NCBI GenBank assembly: GCA_965207785.1
Contig: CBDBNO010000011.1
Coordinates: forward strand, 140,664 to 204,663
Origin: Alphaproteobacteria bacterium
GTDB taxonomy: Bacteria; Pseudomonadota; Alphaproteobacteria; SP197
Length of the DNA stretch: 64,000 nucleotides
Direction of reading: 5' to 3'
The position numbers were made by a program, and so were the translations under genes. Shown in pieces: positions 15,925 through 25,955 of the stretch. Numbering within the stretch: position 1 is the stretch's first letter; each line of letters begins with the position of its first letter. The notes beneath the pieces are model-generated. The model saw nothing but the letters and a program-made list of their open reading frames with translations. It was not told the origin of the DNA and did not search any database.

Positions 15925-16660
15925 TGCCGGTTTCGAAGACGCTGACCCGAAGCGGATAGACCGGAATCTCCACCTCTCTCCACCCTCGTGGCTCTACCGT
16001 TCCGTCCCCGTAAGGACAGATCGAGATCGCGACAACCTGCTCGATCTCGGCGTAGAACTCAATGTAATCGCCAACCTCGGCATCGCTGGTTCCGAATACG
16101 TAATCGCCGCTGCGAGGTTCGATGGCGACCTTGTAGAACAGGTTGAGATTGTCGTGGACCGCGTGCTGGCCGAAACCCATCATCGCCATTCCCGCGCGCA
16201 GGTTGTCGTAACAGGTTCTCGGGTGAACGCCGGCATACTGCACCCAGTGATGTGCGTTGCAGTGAGCAGCGTGGGAAATGTGGTCACGAGCATGATCGCC
16301 GTTGTCATGCCAGCGCACGGTGTCAGCCAGGCAGGTGCACAGGGGCCTCGAACGCGGGGGCGTTCCCCAAACCCGTGTGAACTTCTTGATACGGCCCCCC
16401 TCGAGGGCGATTTGAGCGGCCGGAAAATAGTGCTCGCTCGGGTCGTCCGGGTTCATCACGCAAACGTCCAGGGCATTCGTGCCTTCAACCACCGTGAGGC
16501 GCCACACTTGGCCTGCACTCACCCTGAAGCCGTAGCCGCTGCCGCGCGGCATCTCGTGCTCGAACACCGTTTGGAAGGACTCCCGGCGCGAGATCACGCC
16601 CTCGTAGAAGCCTGTGTCGAAGGAGTGTTTCTCCCGCACCATGGGTGCTGGTTCGGCCAT
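15890..16660 (-). CDS. conserved hypothetical protein, DUF1989-like (urea-carboxylase-associated family); tentative
   Basis: 256 aa, paralog of the next ORF. Shared motifs (..VxDxxAFNPxDPxE...FTRxWG...RPLxTxxxDTV). Confidence 0.4.
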   Translation of the reverse strand: MAEPAPMVREKHSFDTGFYEGVISRRESFQTVFEHEMPRGSGYGFRVSAGQVWRLTVVEGTNALDVCVMNPDDPSEHYFPAAQIALEGGRIKKFTRVWGTPPRSRPLCTCLADTVRWHDNGDHARDHISHAAHCNAHHWVQYAGVHPRTCYDNLRAGMAMMGFGQHAVHDNLNLFYKVAIEPRSGDYVFGTSDAEVGDYIEFYAEIEQVVAISICPYGDGTVEPRGWREVEIPVYPLRVSVFETGIAPRPWQPLGS

Positions 16661-16662
16661 GT

Positions 16663-17550
16663 TCAGCTCTCCCTTCCCGGAGTGGGCACCGGCTTGCTGG
16701 AGCGCCGGCCGTGGCCGTCCTCATAGAGAGAAAGATCGGGGTATGGCACTCCCGGATACGGCCAGCCCAGGGGGTCAGCGACCGGATAGCTCACCGCGAT
16801 CTTCACAGCGCGGGGACGTGGATGTCTGATTTCGGCGGGGGAACGCGAACCGTCGATGTATGGGCTGAGTGCCAGCAACACACTCAAGTCGATTTCGGCG
16901 AACAACGTCACCCGGTCGCCGCGCCTGGCATCGGAAGGGTGGATCCGGAACTCCTGGCTCGGCCCCTCGACTTCCATTCTCTGGAACAGGCTGATGTGCC
17001 CCTTGTCCAGCAAGGAGGGTTCGAGCGAGCGCGACTCGAGCGCGTCGGAAAACTGCTCCCATGTTGATTTCACGCCCTGCTGGCCGCCTTGAAGCCGCCA
17101 GTCTGACGGGGTTTCGAAACCGCCGAACAGAAAATGGTGCCTGCCCTCGCCGGTCCGCGCGGCGACCGTGTCCTCGACGAACGTCAGCAACGGGCGATAC
17201 CGGGCCATCGTTCCCCACAACCGGTTGAACCGCGTAAGATAGATCCCTTCGATCAGGCACATGTCCTGGGTCCAGATACGCTCGTCGGGATCGTGGGGAT
17301 TGAAGGCAAACAGGTTGACGATCTGCGCGCCTTCGGCGAGTTCGAGGGTCAGCAACTCGCCTGCAGCCAACGCGATGCACACGGCCCCTGTTCCGGCCAG
17401 CTCCTGGGTGGCGCGAAACTCCTCCGGCCTGAGATGATCGGCGAGTGACTGGTAGAACTTCCTCCGAAAAGGGCGCGGGTGCGCGGAGTTCGAAGGGTAG
17501 AGCTCGTAGTCCATCTGCTGCTTCTCCGGCCTCGAGGATCCCTGCGTCAA
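16663..17550 (-). CDS. conserved hypothetical protein, DUF1989-like paralog; tentative
   Basis: 295 aa. Same motif set as 15890..16660. The tandem pair resembles the 'urea carboxylase-associated protein 1/2' layout. Confidence 0.4.
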   Translation of the reverse strand: MTQGSSRPEKQQMDYELYPSNSAHPRPFRRKFYQSLADHLRPEEFRATQELAGTGAVCIALAAGELLTLELAEGAQIVNLFAFNPHDPDERIWTQDMCLIEGIYLTRFNRLWGTMARYRPLLTFVEDTVAARTGEGRHHFLFGGFETPSDWRLQGGQQGVKSTWEQFSDALESRSLEPSLLDKGHISLFQRMEVEGPSQEFRIHPSDARRGDRVTLFAEIDLSVLLALSPYIDGSRSPAEIRHPRPRAVKIAVSYPVADPLGWPYPGVPYPDLSLYEDGHGRRSSKPVPTPGRES

Positions 17551-17577
17551 GAACGCGTGCCGGTCCCATCCGGCGCG

Positions 17578-18374
17578 TCAATCGTCTGCATTGACCATAG
17601 CTTCATGGCGCATCATGCGCATGATCTTTCGGTCCAGTCGGCCATACTCCGGATCTGTCAGAATATCTTCCTTCTGGCGAAACTTCATCTCGCGCTTGAA
17701 CGCCACGGGGATGTCTTCGAGAACCTTGCCCGGGTGACGAGTCATGAAGATGATTCGATCCGCCAGGAAAATCGCCTCGTGAATATCATGGGTGACCAAC
17801 AGCACCGTGGTGTTCGATTTCTCGATGACTTCCAGGAGCAACTCCTGCATCCGCCAGCGGGTCTCGGCATCAAGCGCACCAAAGGGTTCATCCATAAGCA
17901 GAAGCGCGGGATCGTTCGCCAGGGTCCGGGCGATCGCGACCCGCTGTTTCATGCCCCCGGACAACGCTTTGGGAAAGACATGCCTGAATCGCGTCAGATC
18001 GACGAGATCGATGAAGTGGGCCGCGCGTTCGGCACGTTCGGCCTTGCCCATGCCCTGCAGCCTGAGGCCGTATTCGACGTTCTGCTGGACATTCAACCAC
18101 GGAAATGAGGTGTACGTCTGGAAGATCATTCCGCGGTCAGGACCCGGCCCGGTGATCTCCGTCCCATGCAGGTAAATCGCTCCCCGGGTGGGTTCCTCGA
18201 GGCCGGCGACGAGGCGCAGCATGGTCGACTTCCCGCAGCCGGACGGTCCCAGCAACACGCACGATTCGTTCTTGGCGACGCTGAAGGACATGTCCGACAA
18301 TGCGGTGATACTGGCGTCACCGTTCAACTGAAAGTCCTTCGTGACGCGGTCGACCACCAACATGACCTTGTCGC
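17578..18374 (-). CDS. ABC transporter ATP-binding protein, NitT/TauT (SsuB/TauB-like) family
   Basis: Walker A GPSGCGKST, signature LSGGMKQRVAIARTL, Walker B LLLMDEPFGALD. Start taken at MLVVDRVTKDF; the annotated ORF extends further upstream. Confidence 0.8.
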
Positions 18375-18407
18375 TTTGCGAGTCCAAGCGTGACTGCCCC
18401 CGTTCGT

Positions 18408-19241
18408 TCACTCTGATTCTTCCAGGTAGGAGAACATCAGGCGATGCACCAGCCGGAAAAGCAGGTCGAACATCAGCCCGAGCAGACCGATGACCAGGAT
18501 TCCGGCCATGATTTCGTCCACGTGGATAAAGCGTCTGGAACGCATCATCATCGCACCAATGCCCGTGGTCTGAGCGGTGATCTCCGCGATCACCAGGTAG
18601 GTCCAGCTGGCCGCCAGCATTTGACGCGCCGAAGTGACTATGTCGGGAGACACCGCCGGCAGGATCACCGTCATCAACACCTGTTTGCGCGTGGCACCAA
18701 GCGTCAGCGCCGTTTCGATGAGTTCGGCACGAACCGCCTTGGTGTGGTCCATGATCAGGGTAATGAGGAACCACACCGCTCCCAGAAACAGTATGCTGAT
18801 CTTGACCAGTTCGCCCGTTCCAAGCCACATCAGGAGCAGGGGTATCAACGCCGCCGCCGGTATGTAGCGCCAGGCGGACACCAGCGGATTGAAGAACCCC
18901 TCAACAGTTTTGAAGGAACCCATCAGGATGCCGAGGGGAGCCGAGACCGCGCATGCGGCGGCAAATCCCAGCACCACCCTCCACACGCTGGCCCAGATGT
19001 CGTAGAGAAAACCCTTGTCGATGACCAGTTCATAGAGGGCCGCTATGACCGCGGGAGGTGCGGGCAGGATGATGGCCGGCGCCCAACCACGCAGATTGGC
19101 GGTCTGCCACAGTCCGAAGAAGATCGCCCATATCGAAATCCCCAGCACGATGCTCCATGAGACAGGGATTTGCGTCTTGTACTCGAACCAACGTCTTCTC
19201 CGCCGACTCGGGCTCGGTATGCTCTCTTGATACTCGCTCAT
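18408..19241 (-). CDS. ABC transporter permease, NitT/TauT (SsuC/TauC-like) family
   Basis: 277 aa, six predicted transmembrane segments, permease signature region (TALTLGATRKQVLMTVILPAVSPDIVTSARQML). Confidence 0.8.
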   Translation of the reverse strand: MSEYQESIPSPSRRRRRWFEYKTQIPVSWSIVLGISIWAIFFGLWQTANLRGWAPAIILPAPPAVIAALYELVIDKGFLYDIWASVWRVVLGFAAACAVSAPLGILMGSFKTVEGFFNPLVSAWRYIPAAALIPLLLMWLGTGELVKISILFLGAVWFLITLIMDHTKAVRAELIETALTLGATRKQVLMTVILPAVSPDIVTSARQMLAASWTYLVIAEITAQTTGIGAMMMRSRRFIHVDEIMAGILVIGLLGLMFDLLFRLVHRLMFSYLEESE

Positions 19242-19340
19242 GTCTGCCGTCCTATCTCCCGCTTCCTGAGACGACGGACTCCCGACTCGCGCAGCGGGCG
19301 CTTGAAATCGATCGTCGCGCCGGCACAGGCGGACAAAGGC

Positions 19341-21140
19341 CTACCGTTCGACGGTTTGCGTACGCAATCGCTTCGTTTTCTGATGATCGACAGTGCCCGT
19401 TTCATCGAGCACCACGCAGTACGTCGCCCTGGCGCGCTCCGGGGTCACATAGCCCTCGATTACATCACGCTGAACCCGAACCGGGTCGCGCCTTCGAGGA
19501 TCGCCATAGCCCGCTCCACCGCAGGAGACACCGATGATACTCTCGTCGGCGGCGAGTGTCAGATCGCCATACGGTGGAATGGGAACGTCTTCTCCGGACG
19601 CATTGCGCATCAACGTCCGGGCACGGGCTCCTGTTAACCCGCCGCGAGTCCCCAGCGGCGCGTTCACGGTGCCGTCGGTGACGTAGATAACCCGCAGCGA
19701 GCAGTCGACCGGACTGAACTCGACAAAGGACGAGGGCGCGCCGCAAAACTCACCCGCACCCTCGCTGTCAGTGACGATGCGGCGCTCAGTGACACGAATG
19801 GGATAGAGCGTCTCGTCGACCTCGACACTGTCCCAAAGGCATTGCCCGGCGCTGCCCGCGCCGAACAACGTCAACCAGCCGTCTTCACTGGGTCCGGCTG
19901 CGCCGAGGGTGTCTCCGAGCTGCAGCTGGTTCACGAAGGCCCTGTCGTTGTTGCGCGGATCAAAACCCGATATGACCGCGCCTGCGGGCGATTGCACCGC
20001 ACCGGTTTCGGCCATGCCGTAACCTTCGGCAAACTCGGCGATGGCGCGCTGCACTGCATTGGTGACCCTGTCAGCGACATTGGTGGTCGCGATTGAGCAA
20101 CTGGCCGGATGGCGAGGAATGCCGACAACGCAGTTTTCGCGCAGGTGAACACTGATCCGCCTGAAGCTGCCGGCGTTCGGTGGCACGCCGGGCTCAATGC
20201 TGTTGAAGATACCGATCATGGCGGCGGTGCGGGCGCAGGCTTCGCTGAGATTCAGGCCACTGGGCAGACAGTCCATGTTGTCGCGCAGGTCCACTTCAAT
20301 GCAGCCGGCTTCGGCGTCCATCTCCACCGTGAGGTTCACCGGGATCCCTTCCGGTGGTGTTCCCGGAAAGGGATCGTGAGTGCTGCACGCTCTGGTGCGG
20401 CCACTCGGGAGTTTCTGAAGCGCCGCCACCATGCGCTGCTCGCTGTAGTGAAACCACTCGCGCTGATAGGCACGGAGCACCTCCCAGCCGATTTCGTCGC
20501 CAAGTGCCAACAACTCCCGTTCCGCTATCCGCGCTGCGCCCAGGGCCGCCAGATAGTCTCCGCGCCACTGGTCCGGAACCCTGATACGCAACATGCACAT
20601 CCGAATGATATCCTCGATATCCCGGTAATCCTCCTGCACCTTCACGGACGGGAAGATGAGCGCGCCCTCTTCGTAGACGTCCTTCGCCGAGAACATGTAG
20701 GTGGTGGGCATAGCGTTGCCGATGTCCGCCTGGTGCGCCTTCGCGATGGCCGTGAACCGGTGCACCCCCTGATCGTCGATCACCGGCACCAGGATGGACT
20801 GATCGGCGGCGTGGGAGCAGCCATGGTAGGGCGAGTTATGGATGAAGGCGTCTCCGCGACGGAGCTCAGGGTGCAAATCCTTCATGGACTGGGCCATCAT
20901 GTCGGATCCCACCATCAGATGGATGGGCAGGCTCTCCCCCAAGGTCAGCAGCTCCGCATCTCCCGTGAGGATGCAGCAGGAGAAATCCCGCCCATTGTTG
21001 ATCACGCCTGAGCGGGCTGTGCGCAGCAGCGTGTTGTGCATCTTGCGGACTATTCCTTCCAGCCGCTTGGAAAGAACGGCAAGCAAAACGCCGTCAATCG
21101 CCGGGTCGTGCCCAGCGTTCGGTTCCACAGTGCCTACCAC
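19341..21140 (-). CDS. hyuB: hydantoinase B/oxoprolinase family protein (HyuB-like)
   Basis: 599 aa, Hydantoinase_B family architecture and motifs. Immediately downstream of the hyuA-like gene. Confidence 0.8.
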   Translation of the reverse strand: MVGTVEPNAGHDPAIDGVLLAVLSKRLEGIVRKMHNTLLRTARSGVINNGRDFSCCILTGDAELLTLGESLPIHLMVGSDMMAQSMKDLHPELRRGDAFIHNSPYHGCSHAADQSILVPVIDDQGVHRFTAIAKAHQADIGNAMPTTYMFSAKDVYEEGALIFPSVKVQEDYRDIEDIIRMCMLRIRVPDQWRGDYLAALGAARIAERELLALGDEIGWEVLRAYQREWFHYSEQRMVAALQKLPSGRTRACSTHDPFPGTPPEGIPVNLTVEMDAEAGCIEVDLRDNMDCLPSGLNLSEACARTAAMIGIFNSIEPGVPPNAGSFRRISVHLRENCVVGIPRHPASCSIATTNVADRVTNAVQRAIAEFAEGYGMAETGAVQSPAGAVISGFDPRNNDRAFVNQLQLGDTLGAAGPSEDGWLTLFGAGSAGQCLWDSVEVDETLYPIRVTERRIVTDSEGAGEFCGAPSSFVEFSPVDCSLRVIYVTDGTVNAPLGTRGGLTGARARTLMRNASGEDVPIPPYGDLTLAADESIIGVSCGGAGYGDPRRRDPVRVQRDVIEGYVTPERARATYCVVLDETGTVDHQKTKRLRTQTVER

Positions 21141-21162
21141 GCCACGAACTCCCGTTGCATTT

Positions 21163-23235
21163 TCAAGGCTTGATCACCAGGTTGCCCTGGAGTGTCCGGC
21201 GAATTTCTGCACCGGGGTCGACGACCACGGTGGTGAACGGAGATTCGACGATGGCAGGACCCGTCACTGTCTCGTCGGGCTGCATCGCTTCAAACCAGAC
21301 GATGTTCGTTTCGAGCATGCCCAAACCGCCGAAGTGGCATTCGCGAGTGCCATGGGCAAGTCCTGCATCGTGCCGGGTCCGTTCCATGGAACCGACCGCC
21401 GATTCGCGCAGCTGACAGCGCACTCGGGCGTGCCAACTGACCAACTCGATCTCGGAGTCGGGATCGCTGAACGCGAAGATCTGCTGGTGAACTCCATGGA
21501 AGTCCTCGGTGAGCGCATCCACATCCCGTTGGGAATTGAAGCGTCCGCGGCGCAAGGGTACGTCAATCTCCCAAATCTGGTGCAGGTAGCGTCCCTCGAC
21601 AAAAAACTCGATGGATTGATCGAACGAACGGGCTCCGGGCCCGTCGATGAAGCGCCGGCACCTGCTTTCCAGGTTGGCCAGGGTGCAATTGACACGGTCG
21701 CGGTCGAACGCGGCGTTGGTCGTGAACAACAACTCGGCATACTCACTGGTAAGGTCGGAGATCAGGGCACCGGCTGCACTGAGTCCGGCCGCCGCGTCGG
21801 GTATCACGATCTCCTTGCATCCCAGGCACCTGGCCGTCGCGACAATATTGAGTCCCGCCGCGCCGCCACCGCCGACGAGCACCGCGTCGCGAGGATCGAT
21901 TCCCTGGTGAATGGTGATTTCCTCGATGGCGGTCACCATGTTCTCGGTGAGCAGGTCGATGACGGCGACGGCAGCCTGGTCCATCCCGATGGCCAGCGGT
22001 TCGGCGACATGCTCGACCATCGCCGACCTCGCGGCAGCGAGGTCCAGGTCCATGGTGCCGTTCAGGAACCGGGCCGGATCGATGTAGCCCAACGTGACCG
22101 CGGCGTCTGTGACCGTCGGACGGGTGCCGCCCCGGCCGTAGCACGCGGGGCCCGGAACCGACCCGGCGCTGTCGGGACCGACGTGGAGAAGACCGCCGGC
22201 GTCGACCCAGGCAATGCTGCCGCCGCCTGCCCCGACGCTCGTCACATCCACGGAGGGAAATCCGGTCATGTGACCGAGGTAAGGACGTCCGATCCACGTT
22301 TCCCGAGTCCAGGGAATCTGGCCGTTGCGGATCAGACTTACGTCATAGGTGGTTCCACCCGCGTCCGCGACGATTGCCGTTTGCGACCTTGACTCGACGC
22401 TCGCGTAGTGACGGCCGGCGACGGGCGCCATGGCAGGCCCGGACTTGATCGAGTGAATGGGAGCTTGCGCGACATCCGACGCGTCGAGAACACCGCTCTG
22501 GGACGTGATCACGAGAAGACGACCTTGAAAGCCCAACTCGCGCAGTTCGTCACGAAGGTTGTTCAGATAGCGACTGAGCAGGGGCTTGAGGGAAACGTCG
22601 ATGCAGGTTGAGGATGCGCGCCGGTACTCTCGCAACGAAGGGTTGATTTCGTGCGACAGCGAATAGGGAACGCCGGGTAGATGTGCTTCCAGCAGTTCGC
22701 CTATCCGTTTCTCGTGCACCGGGTTCACAATGGACCACAGCAGACAGACACCGACTGCCTCCACTGAACGTCGTTCGATCTCGAGAAGGTTCTCGACCAC
22801 GGCGTCCTCGTCCAATGGCGCAACCACCCTACCATCCATGCCGATTCGTTCCGGAACCTCGAAGGTCAACGCCCGGGGCACATAAGGTTCCGGATACGGG
22901 ATCGCGTAATCGAACGTGGAAAGACCGATGCGTCCGCCTTCCCTGATCACGAGGATGTCCCGATGGCCCCGGGTGGTCAGAAAAGCCGTCTTGGCCGTAC
23001 GACGGGTCAGGATTGCATTGGTGGCAATAGTGGTGCCGTGTACCAGCAAATCAACTCGCCCGAGCAGAGCCCGCGTTTCAACCCCCAGATCCGCACTCGC
23101 CGTATCAATGGCCGCCCGTACACCCCTGACCGGGTTTTCCGGGGTGGTCGAGGCCTTGTACATGCGAAGCCCGCCGCTGTCGTCCTCGACGATCAGGTCC
23201 GTGAACGTGCCTCCGGTATCGACTGCGAATCTCAA
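21163..23235 (-). CDS. hyuA: hydantoinase A/oxoprolinase family protein (HyuA-like, ATP-dependent)
   Basis: 690 aa. N-terminal MRFAVDTGGTFTDLIV ATPase (ASKHA) motif. Hydantoinase_A family. Confidence 0.8.
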   Translation of the reverse strand: MRFAVDTGGTFTDLIVEDDSGGLRMYKASTTPENPVRGVRAAIDTASADLGVETRALLGRVDLLVHGTTIATNAILTRRTAKTAFLTTRGHRDILVIREGGRIGLSTFDYAIPYPEPYVPRALTFEVPERIGMDGRVVAPLDEDAVVENLLEIERRSVEAVGVCLLWSIVNPVHEKRIGELLEAHLPGVPYSLSHEINPSLREYRRASSTCIDVSLKPLLSRYLNNLRDELRELGFQGRLLVITSQSGVLDASDVAQAPIHSIKSGPAMAPVAGRHYASVESRSQTAIVADAGGTTYDVSLIRNGQIPWTRETWIGRPYLGHMTGFPSVDVTSVGAGGGSIAWVDAGGLLHVGPDSAGSVPGPACYGRGGTRPTVTDAAVTLGYIDPARFLNGTMDLDLAAARSAMVEHVAEPLAIGMDQAAVAVIDLLTENMVTAIEEITIHQGIDPRDAVLVGGGGAAGLNIVATARCLGCKEIVIPDAAAGLSAAGALISDLTSEYAELLFTTNAAFDRDRVNCTLANLESRCRRFIDGPGARSFDQSIEFFVEGRYLHQIWEIDVPLRRGRFNSQRDVDALTEDFHGVHQQIFAFSDPDSEIELVSWHARVRCQLRESAVGSMERTRHDAGLAHGTRECHFGGLGMLETNIVWFEAMQPDETVTGPAIVESPFTTVVVDPGAEIRRTLQGNLVIKP

Positions 23236-23292
23236 CGTCTGCTCCCGCGATTGGGCTAGGCTCCCCCAACTCCCTCCTGCAGGCGTGGAGCA

Positions 23293-24375
23293 TCACTTGC
23301 CACGGTAACCCGAGTCGTACAGTGCGTTCATGACGCTGCAGTCAACGGCACTTCCCGGATCGACTTGCTGCGTCATCTGCCCGAACTTGATCCACCAATC
23401 GTTGATGGTTTCCACCGCCGTGTATGCATGGCCGTTTTGCTGCCCGAACGGGCCATCGCCTGGAGCTCCGGCGCAGATGCGCGCAGCCTCCATGAACGAA
23501 TACTGCCAGATAGTGGAATCCTCACGAGTGCCGGTCACGCCGTTGATCGCGTTGATGTCGGCCAGGTCCCACTGCAGGATGTCCGACAGCATCTGGTTGG
23601 CTTCTTGCGGGTTTGTCTGCCAGAACGCTACCGCTTCCCAAAACGCCTGCATGGCCTTTGCCGCCAAGTCCGGCTGTTCCGCCAGAAACTTGTCCGACAT
23701 GTAGACGGCGTCCGTCATGAAACCCTTCTCCAACCAGTTGGGCTTTCGTGTGCTGCCCAGGATCATCGATCCCTCGAGTTGCTCAATGACTTGCTCTGTG
23801 TAGGGGGAGAACAGATACGCAAGGTCGATGTCCCCGGCCAACATGGCGGATGCAGCCTGGTCTCCGGCGAGGTTGATCCAATTGACCTCATCGACGCTCA
23901 CTCCCTGCTCGTCGAGCCATATGCCGACCATGATCTGCCCCAGATAACCCTCTACTGCAGCCACCCTTGAACCCCGAATGTTGGCGATGTCGTCCATACC
24001 CTCGATGCCGACCACATGGTCCGCGCCATAAGATATCGTTGTAAACGCCACCAGCTTGATCGGAACCCCTTGCTCGGCCGCGATCGGTGCGTACTCCATG
24101 GTGGCATGAACAATGTCAGTCTGCCCTGCGCCAAGAAGCGTCCAAGCGGCGAACGGATCATTGATGGTGCTGACCTCCAGTTCGAGGCCCGGCACCTGAT
24201 CGAGTTCCGCCGCCAGGTTCCACATCGCGTAGGCCGGCCATTCGATGCCCAGCGCGACCCTGACCTTGTCCTCGGCGGAACTGGAGCCTGGCAGCGTGAT
24301 GCCGAATGCCATGGCCAAAGTCGCTACGGTCAATGCACGACAAATGGTTCCACGTGCTAATCCTGCAAGTGACAT
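23293..24375 (-). CDS. ABC transporter periplasmic substrate-binding protein, NMT1/SsuA-like, with signal peptide
   Basis: 360 aa. Signal peptide (ICRALTVATLAMAFGITLPGSSSA). NitT/TauT-type substrate-binding-protein fold. First gene of the minus-strand operon. Confidence 0.7.
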   Translation of the reverse strand: MSLAGLARGTICRALTVATLAMAFGITLPGSSSAEDKVRVALGIEWPAYAMWNLAAELDQVPGLELEVSTINDPFAAWTLLGAGQTDIVHATMEYAPIAAEQGVPIKLVAFTTISYGADHVVGIEGMDDIANIRGSRVAAVEGYLGQIMVGIWLDEQGVSVDEVNWINLAGDQAASAMLAGDIDLAYLFSPYTEQVIEQLEGSMILGSTRKPNWLEKGFMTDAVYMSDKFLAEQPDLAAKAMQAFWEAVAFWQTNPQEANQMLSDILQWDLADINAINGVTGTREDSTIWQYSFMEAARICAGAPGDGPFGQQNGHAYTAVETINDWWIKFGQMTQQVDPGSAVDCSVMNALYDSGYRGK

Positions 24376-24394
24376 CGCCCTCTCCCGTTTGGTT

Positions 24395-24425
24395 TAGAAC
24401 CTGTTCTTGTGTCCGTAGAGTTCTA
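24395..24425. promoter_or_regulatory. candidate operator: TAGAAC-CT-GTTCTT ... AGAGTTCTA inverted repeats in the divergent promoter region
   Basis: GAACctGTTC is a perfect palindrome. A second GTTCTA half-site lies 19 bp away, in the 147-bp gap between the divergent transporter and aminotransferase operons. Relatively AT-rich. Confidence 0.25.
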
Positions 24426-24522
24426 TGCGTTGAAACGAAACTCCTTGCACAAAGTGACGCAGACGGAACGCCAATGCCAAAAAGGCGCTCTTGAGAAAGA
24501 TTAAGCCGTTATTATACTTTAC

Positions 24523-25923
24523 ATGTGTAAGCTCGACCATGCAAGGAATGCCCCGATGGTCCTCGCCAACCGATTCGAAGTACTTGACGCTGGCGCCGTT
24601 TCGACGGTGCAATCCGAGACCTTGCACCGGGAGGCATGGCAGTACGCTCCCGCAGGCGTGCAGGGAGACGGGCGCTACTACAAACCGTACCCGCTCTATA
24701 TTCGCCGTGCAAAAGGTGCGCGCTTGTGGGACCTGGACGATAACGAATACATCGATTTCCACGGTTCCTACGGGCCTGCGGTCCTGGGGTACTCCGACGA
24801 CCGCGTCAACAATGCCGTCAAGGAAGTTATGGACAGCGAGGGTGTGCTGTTTGCCTTGCCCCATCCCAGAGAGGTGGAGTTGGCGAAGGTTGTGGCCGAA
24901 GTCGTGCCATCGGGCGAGAAAACCATTTTCACGAATTCTGGCACCGAGGCTGTCTACCATGCCGTGCGCGTTGCCCGCGCCTTCACGGGGCGGAATCTGA
25001 TCGTCAAGCTAGAGGGCGCCTATCACGGCTGGTTCAACGACGTGGCGGTAAGCATCAAGCCTGAACTCGAGGAAGCCGGTCCGGCCGCTCAACCGCATAC
25101 CGTACCGGGATCCGCCGGCATCCCCAGAGAGTATCTCGAAAACGTGCTCGTCCTGGCCTACAACGACCTTGACTCGATCGAGAAAGTACTCGAGAGAAGA
25201 CGTGGGGAAATCGCAGCCATCCTGGTTGAACCGGTGGTTCACAGCTGTGGCTGCCTGAAGCCCATGGATGGGTATCTTGAGGGACTGAGGGAACTTGCCT
25301 CGTCCCATGACGTGGTTCTCATCTTTGACGAGGTCATGACAAGTTTCCGCCACCATCAGGGCGGCTGCCAAGCGATTTTCGGGGTCACCCCGGATTTGAC
25401 AACCTTTGGCAAGGCATTGTCGAACGGCTATGCCATCAGCGGCGTCACCGGCAAGAACGAGATCATGTCCAGGATTGTCCCCGAGGGCGATGTCTTCTTC
25501 TCCGGGACGTTCAACGGGCATCTGCTCAACGTGACGGCGGCTTTGCGAACCCAGGAAATCCTTCGCGATTCGTCCATTTACGAACGGCTGTGGAAGCTCG
25601 GGCGAATGGTCGAAGACGGAATCAACACCGCGGTCGAGAGGCTTGGCGTCAAGGCGCGGTGCGAGTCCTTCGGTTCGGTATGGTCATTGTACTTCGGCAC
25701 TCGGGAGATACGGGACTACCGGGACCTCATCGAGGTGGCGTACAGCAAGGACGATCCCGTGATGAGAGCCTACCTCAGTTCGCTGTTGAACAACGGCATC
25801 TACGTTCAACCGTTCTACGTGGTGCGTTCCTTCATCTCGGCGGCACATACCGAAGACGACATGCAGAAGACAATCGATGTGACCGTGAGATTCCTGGAGG
25901 AAAACAGGATCGCATTGTCCTGA
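24523..25923 (+). CDS. class-III (GSA-aminomutase-like) PLP-dependent aminotransferase
   Basis: 466 aa. AT-III fold motifs (DEVMTSFR, GKALSNGY lysine region). Start could be the internal MVLANRFE at ~24556. Confidence 0.75.
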   Translation: MCKLDHARNAPMVLANRFEVLDAGAVSTVQSETLHREAWQYAPAGVQGDGRYYKPYPLYIRRAKGARLWDLDDNEYIDFHGSYGPAVLGYSDDRVNNAVKEVMDSEGVLFALPHPREVELAKVVAEVVPSGEKTIFTNSGTEAVYHAVRVARAFTGRNLIVKLEGAYHGWFNDVAVSIKPELEEAGPAAQPHTVPGSAGIPREYLENVLVLAYNDLDSIEKVLERRRGEIAAILVEPVVHSCGCLKPMDGYLEGLRELASSHDVVLIFDEVMTSFRHHQGGCQAIFGVTPDLTTFGKALSNGYAISGVTGKNEIMSRIVPEGDVFFSGTFNGHLLNVTAALRTQEILRDSSIYERLWKLGRMVEDGINTAVERLGVKARCESFGSVWSLYFGTREIRDYRDLIEVAYSKDDPVMRAYLSSLLNNGIYVQPFYVVRSFISAAHTEDDMQKTIDVTVRFLEENRIALS

Positions 25924-25955
25924 GAGTGGCCGGTGGGCCGCCCGGAGCATTCGAC

